A stretch of 64,000 nucleotides of DNA from Eledone cirrhosa. Lineage: Eukaryota. Shown piece by piece: positions 52,115 through 64,000 of the stretch. Each line of letters opens with the position of its first letter. Position 1 is the stretch's first letter. A model generated the notes under the pieces. The model worked only from the letters and a program-made list of their open reading frames with translations. It ran no database searches and had not been told where the DNA came from. Made by a program: the position numbers and the translations under genes. The stretch spans positions 34,391 through 98,390 of the forward strand of contig CAXHJY010000892.1 of the NCBI GenBank assembly GCA_964016885.1, in the 5' to 3' direction.

Positions 52115-52330
52115 AATCTTCTATACACAATCATACACACCCGTGTATATTTATCTATATCTATATATGTATATTTATCTATATCTATATATGTATATAT
52201 ATATATATATGTATATATATGTATATATGTATATATATATATATGTATATATAACGAAGGAAATGTGGTAAGGAACCAGGTGGACCATAACGCACCAAAG
52301 TACTCAATACTTGAGGTAGTAGAGTGGGTA

Positions 52331-52430
52331 ATAGGAACCAGTAAGACCCCGACAGCTGAGCTCAAGCCGTTTCGACGGCTAGCCGTCGAAACGGCTTGAG
52401 CTCAGCTGTCGGGGTCTTACTGGTTCCTAT
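52331..52430. repeat. Perfect 100-bp spacerless palindrome
   Basis: ataggaacc...gacggct|agccgtc...ggttcctat. Confidence 0.97.
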
Positions 52431-52599
52431 ATGTATATATATATATATGTATATGTATATATATATATGTATATATATAGATAGATAAATATACACGGGT
52501 CTGTATGATTGTGTATACATATATATATATGTATGTATATATATGTGTATATGTATATATATAGATAGATAAATATACACGGGTGTGTATGATTGTGTA

Positions 52600-53340
<741 letters not shown>

Positions 53341-53708
53341 TAATATGTAAGTGATGAAACACAGATACCAACACATCTGTATATATATTGCAAAAGAAAA
53401 ATTTAGCCAGATTGAAGTATACTAATTATTATACTACAGTTTGTCCATATCGATTTAAAATAATAAATCAACGGAGACGAACTGTATTGCCAAAAGGCCG
53501 TGATGTTTAGACACATTTAAATTTCAAAATCAAACCTGTTCCGTAGATAAGTTTAGACTTTAAGATCCAAATATGTTTCGAGTTAAAAAAGTGTAGGAAT
53601 ATCATGTCCCGCTCTCCTCAGTAAACATCCAGAGACAAATTGATATGCTTCACTTCTAAATAATTTATATATATATATACATACACACACATATATATAT
53701 ATATACAT

Positions 53709-53763
<55 letters not shown>

Positions 53764-53768
53764 CACAC

Positions 53769-53799
<31 letters not shown>

Positions 53800-53811
<12 letters not shown>

Positions 53812-54027
53812 TGTATATATTTCTACTTGGCGTAGCAACCAGTAGATAGTATTAGCAATTAGAAAGACCAATGGAAACATTGTTTACTAGGTGCGATTTC
53901 ATGAAAGTCGATCGATATATCTATTTATATATATATATATTAGCAATTAGAAAGACCAATGGAAACATTGTTTACTAGGTGCGATTTCATGAAAGTCGAT
54001 CGATATATCTATTTATTTATATATATA

Positions 54028-54059
<32 letters not shown>

Positions 54060-54183
54060 GATATATCGATCGACTTTCATGAAATCGCACCTAGTAAACA
54101 ATGTTTCCATTGGTCTTTCTAATTGCTAATACTATCTACTGGTTGCAACGCCAAGTAGAAATATATACATGTATATGTGTATA
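53800..54183. repeat. Inverted repeat (~125-bp arms) with an extra direct copy at ~53939-54012 and a (TA)n centre
   Basis: ttagcaattagaaagacc...gtcgatcgatatatc twice on +, once on -. Confidence 0.88.
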
Positions 54184-54936
54184 TATATATATGTATATGT
54201 GTATATATATATATAATCGATATATCTATATCTATATTTATATATATATAATATATATATATATTTTGTTATACTTGGGGAGGGTCATATTGTTGTAATA
54301 ATATTGCCAGAAATAATAACAGAACACACTCATGTTTGGTTGGTGTTCGCTTCTGTATCTTTTATATCTCCACAGTTAATTCATTTGGTCCTCAATGTTT
54401 ATCATTGACTGACCAATCGTAAAAAATACAGAAATAAACACATATATATAGTCTAACAAAGTTCTTTGATGATGATATTTTATCTGACGAGGACATACTG
54501 GAAAAAAAAATGATTTGATATATGACATACCTCTATGGCCTTGATATTTCAATTCCAGTCTTGGCAGTGATTTATTTAATCAAATCTCAACATTTATTTA
54601 CCTCAAATAAAAATATGATAAACTTAAAGAAGAAAAGGACGTGGAGTGAAAACCGTTGTTTTCAAATATTAGGTCAATTGAGTCAACCAATCAGTTACCA
54701 TAGACCATTGAATATCTCTAGTATTTGGTTATGGTTAAGCTAATTATACTAATATAATATATCAAAATTAATCAATATACATTACTTTTCATAGCCTTCA
54801 CATATTTATTTAATTAAAAATTAATATAATTTAATTTAACTTATAGATTTTAATTTCTGGTTTAGGTAATATATTCCATAAGTATTTTGTTACAATTTTA
54901 AAAAATTGATCTTTAAAGCATATTTAAATATAATAC

Positions 54937-54979
<43 letters not shown>

Positions 54980-55452
54980 TATACATATACACACACACAC
55001 ATGTATACATAAATATACACACACACACCCCTATACATACACACACATATATAAATATACACACACACACACACATACACGTGCGTGTGTGTGTGTACAT
55101 AAACATATAGGCAGACAAACTATAAATACACACACGCTCACATGTGGGAGTATAAAAGGGAGTTACCAAAAAATGAAAAAATGATATTATACTCCAGAAT
55201 ACCCGTCGAGTACTTTGAATCAGTTAAAATTATATATTTATGTTGAATAACCGACAAAATAAATATCCCTATGCTTATAAATACGCGTACACATACATAT
55301 ACACACACATATATAAATATATATATATAAATATACACACACGCACGCACGCATACACACACATACACACACACACATACACACACACACACACGCACAC
55401 GCACACGCACACACACATATAAATAATAAAAACACGTATATAATGGCCATTA

Positions 55453-55720
55453 CGATCTCCCTTAAGATCTCTTATTCACTCCGGCACTTGAAAGGAGTCT
55501 ACGTGAAATGACAAAAAGCTGTTTCACCGTCGCTTTCGCCTAAATAGATGGAAAGCTGCTTTCTCGATCTGCATCTCTGGACCCTGGAATCGGCTTCCAG
55601 AAGAAATAGTCAAAGCACCAACCACGCAACAATTCAAGGCGAAATTGGACCGGTGTTGGACCACTGTGTTTCCGACTGTGTAAATTTTGCCCCTCTCCCC
55701 TCCTTACATGGCATCTGAAG
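55453..55720 (+). mobile_element. CR1-type LINE 3' end fragment
   Basis: Translates to KKLFHRRFRLNRWKAAFS..WNRLPEEIVKAPTTQQFKAKLD. Confidence 0.8.
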
Positions 55721-56234
55721 CATCTATGTTTTATTTTCTGCCAAATATATTGAATTGAATGTACACATAAGCCTGTCTGCATATGTGCCCACATACAACC
55801 TTACGTGAGTACACCTAAAAACCTAGTGGGTAAGTAAGGACAAGGGGGAGTAAAACTGAAATTAAATAATAAAAACAATTATTAAGAACAGGTAAGAGAG
55901 AAAAGGGGTGTAAAAGTTGTAGTAGAGAGTGAATGTTTGTGATGAGATCTGGATAAGGGTATATAGTTAAAAAGTGATCTGGGTAAAGAATGAAGGTGGT
56001 GGGTGTGTATGTGTTAAAGGTATGGAAGAAAGTGTGTATGTGTGTGTGTGGGGGGGGGGGGGGTTATAAGTCAAATGAAAAAAAAAAAAAAATCTAGAAA
56101 GAGATGAGGGAGAAAAAGTATATATTGGTAGAAAGTATGTGTTCATAAGGTGATGATATTGGTAGTGAGTGGAAGGCGTGATAAGTAAAGAAGCTCAAGG
56201 TGGTTGAGTAATCGTTGGTGTGTTAATCCAGTTA

Positions 56235-56335
56235 AGTAGATGCTATTTCAGGTGCGGACAACATCTAAAGATCTCGGTCTTAGAGTTGAGACAAGTGGGA
56301 GGGGTTTTCAAGGTTTTTGAGAATTCTAAATTTTT
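56235..56335 (-). mobile_element. Possible Naiad-type PLE C-terminal relic
   Basis: Minus-strand frame CLNSKTEIFRCCPH resembles the LN.RSE....C.H tail. Confidence 0.4.
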
Positions 56336-56341
56336 CCGTGG

Positions 56342-57180
56342 TACCACTATTGGCCGCTAAAGGTTTCTCTCTAAAATGAAAGGCAGGCTGTATGATGCCT
56401 GCATACCAACAGCAATGTTACATGGCAGTGAGACATTGGCATTGTGTGCAGAGGATCTGCGCAGACGGGAGAGGAACGAAGCTTGCATGCTCCGTTGGAT
56501 GTGTAATAGTAATATACGTGAACGGCAAAGCATAAATGAACTAAGTGAGAAATTAAGAATAAGAGGGATCAGATGCTGTTTACTTGAGAGAAAACTACGT
56601 TTGTATGGTCACGAGATGCACATGAAAGATGACAGCTGTATAAAAAAGTGCAGGGCGATCAAAATTGATGGTAGTTACGGAGTAGGTAGACCCAGAAAAA
56701 CCTGGGACGATTTGATAAATTCCGACCTTACATACTTACACCTCTCCAAGACAATATCACTGGACCGAGATCTTTCGCACTACACAGTAATACAGAAGAC
56801 TCGCCTTGCCTATGTACAAAGCAAAACCTAGTCAGTAGGCACCTCTTAACCAAAAATACACTCCCATACCACTACCCCTACCGCACCCCTTTCTCTGTAA
56901 AGTTATGTTGGTACCACAACATCCAGTCCTATAAATGAGGTTGTCACGACAAAAAAAACACACAGTCCACGCTGTAATGTGGCCATGTAGGTAACACGGC
57001 AAAAACCTCCCAGTCCACACTGTAAACGTGGTTGGTGTTAGGAAGGGCATCCAGCCGTAGAAAACCTGCCAGACAGCCCTATACGAGCAAGACAACTAAT
57101 CTTGCCTCAAGTGGGACAATTCCCGTCCAAACCCATGCTAGCGTGGAAGATAGACGTTAAACGATGATGATAATGATGAT
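56342..57180 (+). mobile_element. 5'-truncated RTE LINE
   Basis: ORF 56376-56831, 3'UTR and (GAT)n tail. Same subfamily as 12570-15380. Confidence 0.93.
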
Positions 57181-57191
57181 AGAAGAATATA

Positions 57192-57245
<54 letters not shown>

Positions 57246-57349
57246 ACATATGTATATGTCCGCTTTTCCCTGCTTGCAAGGGTTGGACAAATATATATGT
57301 ATATATATATATATATATGAATGAAAGGATTACAAAGGAGAATATATAT

Positions 57350-59728
57350 ATATACTGTCAGAATATGTTTATATAAAAGCACCTACATACGTTTCGCCCG
57401 AAAAGGGCTTCTCAAGGGCATAGAAAACTACAGAGTGTTCAGTACAGGACCCAGAAGGGGTTTTAAAGTGATACATACATCAAAGTTCATTCTTAGTTCA
57501 AACATACATACATGTTATTGACACAGAGCAAAAGGAGTAACTCTGGCCGGTGTTTGAATAATAGTCCCCAAAGGGCTTATTATCCGTTCACATGATGGTG
57601 GTTTTCCATTACTAATTTGTGGGTGCTACTTTACTATTGTCAATTCAGGTAGGGTCTGAGATGCATAGTTGGTGTACAGATGTTTATTTGCGCAGCCTAC
57701 CCACCAGAGTGTTATGGTTTGGTGCAGGGGGACCCAGTTTATGTTTTTCAGGTCTCTGTCCCTTTCCATCCAAAGAAAGACTGCTGTATTCGGTGTCTGC
57801 AGTTTATCACCAATTCTGCTCTGCTGTTGATGAGCTTGAGGGGTGCTCTTATGATATGGTAAAGTTCCATGAAGCCGAGCTCGCATTTCCTCTTGAAATT
57901 GTACGGTGCTGCCTTGCTGACAATTTCCCAGTGTGTGGAGAAGCTGATGTTGGAGTCTTTTAATGTTGTGATGTAATTGGCGAGTGACGTGGAGTGTCTT
58001 AGTTTCTTGTTTCTAAAAGAGTGGAGATGTGTTCAAAATCTCGTTTTGAACGGGTCAGAAGTGGCTCCTATATAATGTTTAACGCTATTATGGTTAGTTA
58101 TGGTGCACTTATAAATAACACTAACTGTCAGGCAACTTCCCCTAAGCGGGCACCTTCCCCGGTCCCGACAGTTGCATTTTCGGTTGCGGTCGTTCCTGGT
58201 GCCCGAAGTCATGCTATTACTATTGCTACCTATGTTATTATCCACGCCACCACCTCTATCTCTGTAGTTAGTACTATTATATCCTATGGCGTGCGGGGTA
58301 GTACCATTATTGCTCTGCACGCCGCAGCGCCTTCTGTTGCTGTCGCATGACCCATACAGGTCACCAGCATCTTCCCCAGTCTCGCCACAGTTATGTTGGT
58401 TGCTTCTGTTGGGGTTGCCGCCAATACTATTGGGTGCTGCAAGGGAAACGTTAAGGCTATTAGGGTTGCTGTCAAGTCTAGACGTATCAGTGCTAAGGTG
58501 CCGTGTTTTCCTGATCTTACTGTAATTAGTTATCCCTATGATGTCTGCTAAGTTAGGAGTAGTGGAGAAGGATATTTTAATATTGTTCTTATTGAGGATT
58601 TTCCTATATTTATGGTTGGGTGGGAAGTTCTCTAAAGCTTCGAAGAATATCCTGGGTAAGTTGGAGGCCACACTCCAAGAGTAGGGAGGATGGAACCATA
58701 GGACATTACGGTGGTGGTTACGTGTAGCTGTGGGCTTGCTACGGGTCGTGTTGGCTAGGTAACCGTTATTATTGTTGCTACTGTGCTGCAACCTATTACG
58801 CGTCCCCTTTGCTTTATGCTCGGGTGCACTCGCCTTCCTTCTGTTGCGTTTACATGTAGCTAAACGCTGGTTGGAAGGTGTAGGTAATAGGCCATCGCTA
58901 TTGTTAATCTTATAGTAAGGGAATAATTCTAGTAGTCTACAGCAACTAACGTTGCCTGTACCGAGACCCTTATTATGCGGTAGGTCTACTACACCACTAC
59001 TCGTGGAGTTAACAGTACGGCCGTGTTTCCTAGTGCGATTCTCTATACTGAAGTTATTGACTCTGTTTTGGCCGCTGCGTACTCGGTTATAGGTATGGCT
59101 TACTATAACATTAGTCCTATGATGGGGGAGGTTTCTAGAATTAGCGTTAAGGATGTAGGAGATTCTTCGGTTATATCCGACATCTACCAAGGCTTTATTG
59201 TAGTAGTCAGCTGCTTGGTTGAAGATATCCTCGTTGGCGGAAAGCTTCGAGATCGTATGGGATATGCTATATACTATAGAGTTGAGAGTAGACTTAGGGT
59301 GGTTGGATGCATAATTAATATATGATAGAATCTCACCGGGCTTATGGTATGGCTTGTATAGGCCTGTACCCAGCTCCAGGGTCACGTCGAGGAAGTTGAC
59401 TACCTGGTGGTTGAGGTCTATAGTCACGGATAGGCCGTATGACTTGAAGAACCTGTGTATGCGCTTCTTAAGGTTCTCTATCCTGCGGAGGCTATGGTTT
59501 CTAACGGTAAATAGGGCGTCGTCCTATATACACCTCCTTGTAGGACCGGTATCTCGTCCCTAAGTCTATGGAGGAGGTATATTCCAACCAGGTCGGTCAC
59601 TTGCATTGAGTCACTGGACGCCATCGTGATATCAAACTTATCAGGAGGGTTGGTTCTGGTCCAAAGGGAGCCCTTGAACTGGATAATAGTTCTATGCACT
59701 GCTAGTACTATATCTATCTTTTTTTTAG
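57350..59728 (-). mobile_element. 5'-truncated Naiad-type Penelope-like element
   Basis: [26 protein letters not shown] broken by a 1-bp deletion at ~59524, VNFLDVTL, SNHP, VLWFHPPYS, CNC-x4-CPLRGSC, VIYK..YIG..FKTRF. The frame continues past the TGA at 58033 to LINSRAELVINCRH and stops at 57748. Confidence 0.92.
57379..57419 (-). ncRNA. Hammerhead ribozyme, U3-A8 core variant, in the Naiad 3' region
   Basis: gccc-TTGAGAA-gccc-ttttc-gggc-GAAA-cgtatg-TA-ggtgc. The C3-G8 pair is replaced by U3-A8. Confidence 0.7.
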
Positions 59729-59816
59729 TGATATATATATATATATATATATACACATAGAAGTAAATACACACAAACACACACATATTTGTCTCCAGAT
59801 ATATACACATACATAC

Positions 59817-59848
<32 letters not shown>

Positions 59849-59882
59849 ATATATATAGATATATATATATATATATACATAT

Positions 59883-59943
<61 letters not shown>

Positions 59944-60065
59944 TATATATATATATATACATATACACACATATATATATATATAATATATATATATATA
60001 CACACATATATACATATATATACACATATACACACATACATTACACACACACATATATATATATA

Positions 60066-61352
60066 CGAGGGGGGATCAAAAGGTTCGCAGAATTTTTCAG
60101 AAAATTTTCTATTTTTTAAAAATATGATTTACCCTCAATTTATTTTTCTACATAGTTGCCATCCAGGTCAATACACTTCACAAGGCGATGCTTCCAGCTT
60201 TGTAAGCCGTCTCTAAAGAAAGTTGAAGGCTTTGTTCGAAGCCATGTGTTGGCAGTGTTTTTAGCTTCTTCAACACCACTAAAACTGGTTCCTTTTAGCA
60301 TTTCTTTGAGTTTTGGAAAGAGGAAAAAGTCTGATAGGGCTAAATCTGGACTATAAGGCGGGAGAGGAAGCACTTCCCATCGAAATTCCCGAAGAACTTC
60401 TTTTGCAACCCGTGCAGAATGCGCTGGTGCATTGTCATGGTCAAACAAGATCCCACCATGAAGTTTCCCTTTTCGTTTCTTGACTAATGCCTTTTTCAGT
60501 TTCCTTAAAACATTTGCATAGTAAGCTCCTGTCACAGTTCTTTGACCTTCAAGATAATCTATTAGTATCACCCCATCTGAATCCCAGAAAATGGTGGCCA
60601 TCACTTTTTTATCCGACTTTTGAGATTTGAACTTGATTGGCCCTGATGATCCACGTGGAAGCCACTGTTTTGACTGCTGTCTGGATTCAGGATCATACTG
60701 GTAGATCCAGGTTTCATCTCCGGTGATGATTCTGGTCAGGAAATGCTCTTCATCAACTTCAATTTTGTTTAATATCGCCAAAGACAGATCACTTCGAAGA
60801 ATCAGCTGATCTGGGCGCAACGCTTTTGGGAACCATCGCACTGAAAGCTTGCTTAGTCCCAAATTGTGCAAATCGTGCAGAATTGAATTTGCCAAACCAT
60901 ATGAAATGTCTAGGGACTTAGCTAACTGATTAAATGTTATTCTTCAATCTTCTTCAATAAAAGTCTGAGCAGACTCAACGTTTGGTCATTTTTTGATGTT
61001 CCTAGTCTTCCACTACGATGGTCGTCTTCAAGGTCGTCTCTCCCTTGTTTGAATCGCTGAATCCACTTGTAGACAGCAGTTTTCTTTGGAGCAGTAGCAC
61101 CGTAAACTTTAACTAAAGTTTCACCAGAAACTTGATATTCGATCTTATCTCAAAATAACTATTTTCCATTGTTCCAAAAAGAGGTTTTTTAAAGAGTGTC
61201 AGTACTGTACAATTGTTCACGCATAACTGACTACAAGTGACTAATAGCAACGTAAACACCCAGTGACAATGTTCTGATATGTTTAATATTGTTTTAACCT
61301 ATTTTTTTCTTACTACAATAAAATTCCACAAAACTTTTTGATACCCCCCTCG
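60066..61352 (-). mobile_element. Full-length decayed mariner (DD34D), 1287 bp
   Basis: TA TSD. TIRs cgaggggggatcaaaaggtt / aactttttgatacccccctcg. WFPKAL, ITGDETW, HDNA, PYSPDLALSDFFLFPKLK. The N-terminus is frameshifted. Confidence 0.96.
60140..60895 (-). pseudogene. Mariner transposase catalytic-domain ORF remnant
   Basis: 251-aa ORF with the D,D34D motifs. Confidence 0.92.
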
Positions 61353-61515
61353 TATATATACACATACATATATATAAAAAATACATACATACAAACCCAC
61401 ATATATATGTATATATATATATATATATATGTGTGTGTAATAGTAATATATGTGAACGGCAAAGCATTAACGAACTAAGGGAAAAATATATAGAATATAT
61501 ATATATATATATATA

Positions 61516-61556
<41 letters not shown>

Positions 61557-61593
61557 ATATATATATATATATATATAGAATATATATATATGT

Positions 61594-61685
61594 GTGGGAA
61601 AGTAAAAAATCGGAGAATAGACCGTTAAAACATGTTTAAATAAACATGTTTTAACGGTCTATTCTCCGATTTTTTACTTTCCCAC
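61594..61685. repeat. Perfect 45-bp-arm hairpin (2-nt loop)
   Basis: gtgggaaagt...catgttta-aa-taaacatg...actttcccac. Confidence 0.95.
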
Positions 61686-62159
61686 GTGCTTACGCTCTGC
61701 TAACTCTCTAGCCCACTAAATATTAACACTTCGAATATTTAATACTGCCGGCACTAGTATCGAGCACCTTTGGCATACGCTACTTGGCAAATAACTATAT
61801 GTATCACCTATCCTCCCCATTTTTCTCTTTCTCGATACGTAAATACTGTATATCATACACCTACGGTAGTAGGTGTATAATATTCTTAAGGTTCCATTTC
61901 GGTCACTCGCGACACCTTCAAAGCTTTGTCACTAATTCAATTTTTGATAGAATTGGATGCAGTCTTTTGCACTTTATAGGACCACAGATAAGCTACTTTT
62001 TGACATAAAAATATTGAAATTTGGTTCAGTAGAAAAAAAGTTACATAAAAATAACTGAGGACCAAAAGAGTGTAAGGAACTACATACATAAGTAACGCTT
62101 AGTTTGTTTCTAATTTCTAATACATTAAAATAGTGATAGATTGTGCAATAGTGAATTGT

Positions 62160-62232
62160 GGTCAGGTAACTCAGTCGGTAGAGCAGCGGACCGGCAATCC
62201 GAAGGTCATGGGTTCGATTCCCACCCTGATTA
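62160..62232 (+). tRNA. tRNA-like sequence (pseudo-tRNA or SINE head; nominal anticodon GGC)
   Basis: GGTCAGG-TA-ACTC-AGTCGGTA-GAGC-A-GCGGA-CCGGCAA-TCCGA-AGGTC-ATGGG-TTCGATT-CCCAC-CCTGATT-A, then TTTT. It has C33 and one mismatch in each of the D, anticodon and T stems. Confidence 0.7.
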
Positions 62233-62342
62233 CTTTTCCTATCTGCACTTCTTCCTATTCATTTATTTAACTTATTTGTTGATAAATATTTTTATTAATA
62301 TTAATATAATATCCTTGCATTGCCTGGAAAAAAAGTGGATTA

Positions 62343-63477
62343 CAGGGAAAAATGCGGGCGCATGTAAAGAAATATTCTTAAATTAATAAACCTAGAAAAG
62401 TAAAGGACAAGTTATTACACCTGGAAAAGTAAAGGACAAGAAAACTTCTTAAAATATTGCAGCTAAAGTCTAAATTTGAAAAAAAATATTTAGATTATAA
62501 AACTAAAAATAAATAATTATTAGTTAATTGTTAAAAAAATATCACTTTAAAGGACTGGAAAAATGACTGTCTTATAGGGAGAGTTGACTACTGTATACTT
62601 AATTTTTTTCTTGGTGTATACAAATTAATCTTTTTAAAATAAAATTTGTACAATAATTAATTAATAATAATAATAATTAATATGTACAATTTATTAATTT
62701 ATGTTATAAGATATTTAAAAATTTTCACTCTTAATCAAATTATATTTTTAAAAATTTAGTTATAAAATAATGCAGTAAAATAAATCAAAAACAGTGCATC
62801 ATATAATTGCACTTTTTATGAGTATTACAGAATTTTTTAATAATATAGTAAAATACAACTTCTCAAGGGGCAAAATTAGGTAAAAGTCAATTCATCAATT
62901 ATTCATTTATAGTGAATTCATCAATTCATTACATGAACTGTTGAATTAGACAATGTTTAATTTTACTCTACCTAAAAATGTAGATTGGTTATTTTGATCT
63001 CTGACAGGTCTTAAATTTCATTATTAAACAATTATAATTTGTTATTATTTATCATTACAGTTGGCTCCCTAATTAATTATTAATTAATTGTTAGTGTCAT
63101 TTACACGCCAAAATTTTGTTTTATTTGATGTTTAAAATTGTCACTCATTTTTTCAGTCCCATTTAGTAAAGTAAAATAAAGTATATTTATTTAATGACCC
63201 AACCACTATGGTGTAAATTAGGATCACAAAATTAAATAAATGATCATAATTTAGTATTATTATCAATTAGAGAGTCAACTGTATTATTAGAATTTATCAC
63301 TTTCTATGTATATTTAAATCAAATATTTTTTTTCAAATATTTTTTTTCAAATTTAGACTTAAGAAGTTTAAGAAGTTTTCTTGTCCTTTACTTTTCCAGG
63401 TGTAATAACTTGTCCCTTACTTTTCTAGGTTTATTAATTTAAGAATATTTCTTTACATGCGCCCGCATTTTCCCCTG
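62343..63477. mobile_element. Non-autonomous DNA transposon with ~150-bp TIRs (TA-flanked, Tc1/mariner-like)
   Basis: TA|cagggaaaaatgcgggcgc ... gcgcccgcattttcccctg|TA. Each TIR holds two cct(a/g)gaaaagtaaaggacaag direct repeats. AT-rich interior. Confidence 0.85.
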
Positions 63478-64000
63478 TAATATATATATAAATATATATA
63501 TATAGAATATATATATAGAATATATATATATATATATATAGAATATATAGATCAAATGGGTATCCTAAACTTTTGGAATGATTTCTGCTAGACAGGATTT
63601 GGTAAATAATTTTGGTTTTGTTTGCTTTTGATTCTGATGCTTATAACGAACTTGGCAATATATTGTCAATTAACCTTGAAGGGTTGATCTCTGTGGTTGA
63701 TTTGCGGGGCATACTATGTTTTATTTTTTATTTTTAATATTTTTAATATTTTTATTTTTAATATTTTAATATTTTTTTATTTTTTATTTCTGATATTTTT
63801 ATTTCTGTTCTTTATTTATGCTTGAACGATAATCATGTAGAGTAAAGACAAGAATAGTATTGTTAAAATTAATGTAGACTCTATATATATTTGTGTGTAT
63901 GTACACATATATGTATACTAGAATTTTATAGCACAATGAGAATGTTTTCGTGTGAAATAGAAATTTGCAGAGTTGATCACGTAAATTCACATGGATGTCT

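Overview
AT-rich, microsatellite-dense animal DNA made almost entirely of transposable elements. It is probably intronic or intergenic and probably octopus, inferred from the Nin-domain tRNA-derived SINEs and the (GAT)n-tailed RTE LINEs. I could not identify a host protein-coding gene. Contents: one intact full-length RTE-clade LINE (1039-aa ORF with APE endonuclease and RT, plus a C4HC3 PHD finger inserted inside the RT), about 12 decayed RTE copies, two Penelope-like elements (one with an inverted pLTR, one Naiad-type), a near-complete mariner, Buster-hAT/piggyBac/pogo-type MITEs, a Helitron 3' end, CR1-type fragments, SINEs and a tRNA-like gene. The main hidden layer is a dense set of minimal type I hammerhead ribozymes (HHRs), at least 8 sequence families. 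Most sit in fold-back inverted repeats with the ribozymes pointing outward. One forms a 479-bp tandem retrozyme-like array, into which the intact RTE has inserted. One HHR fold-back has 19 of 20 arm mismatches that become G.U pairs on the minus strand, which looks like fossilised A-to-I editing. All alignments, folds and counts were done by eye, and boundaries of decayed repeats are approximate.
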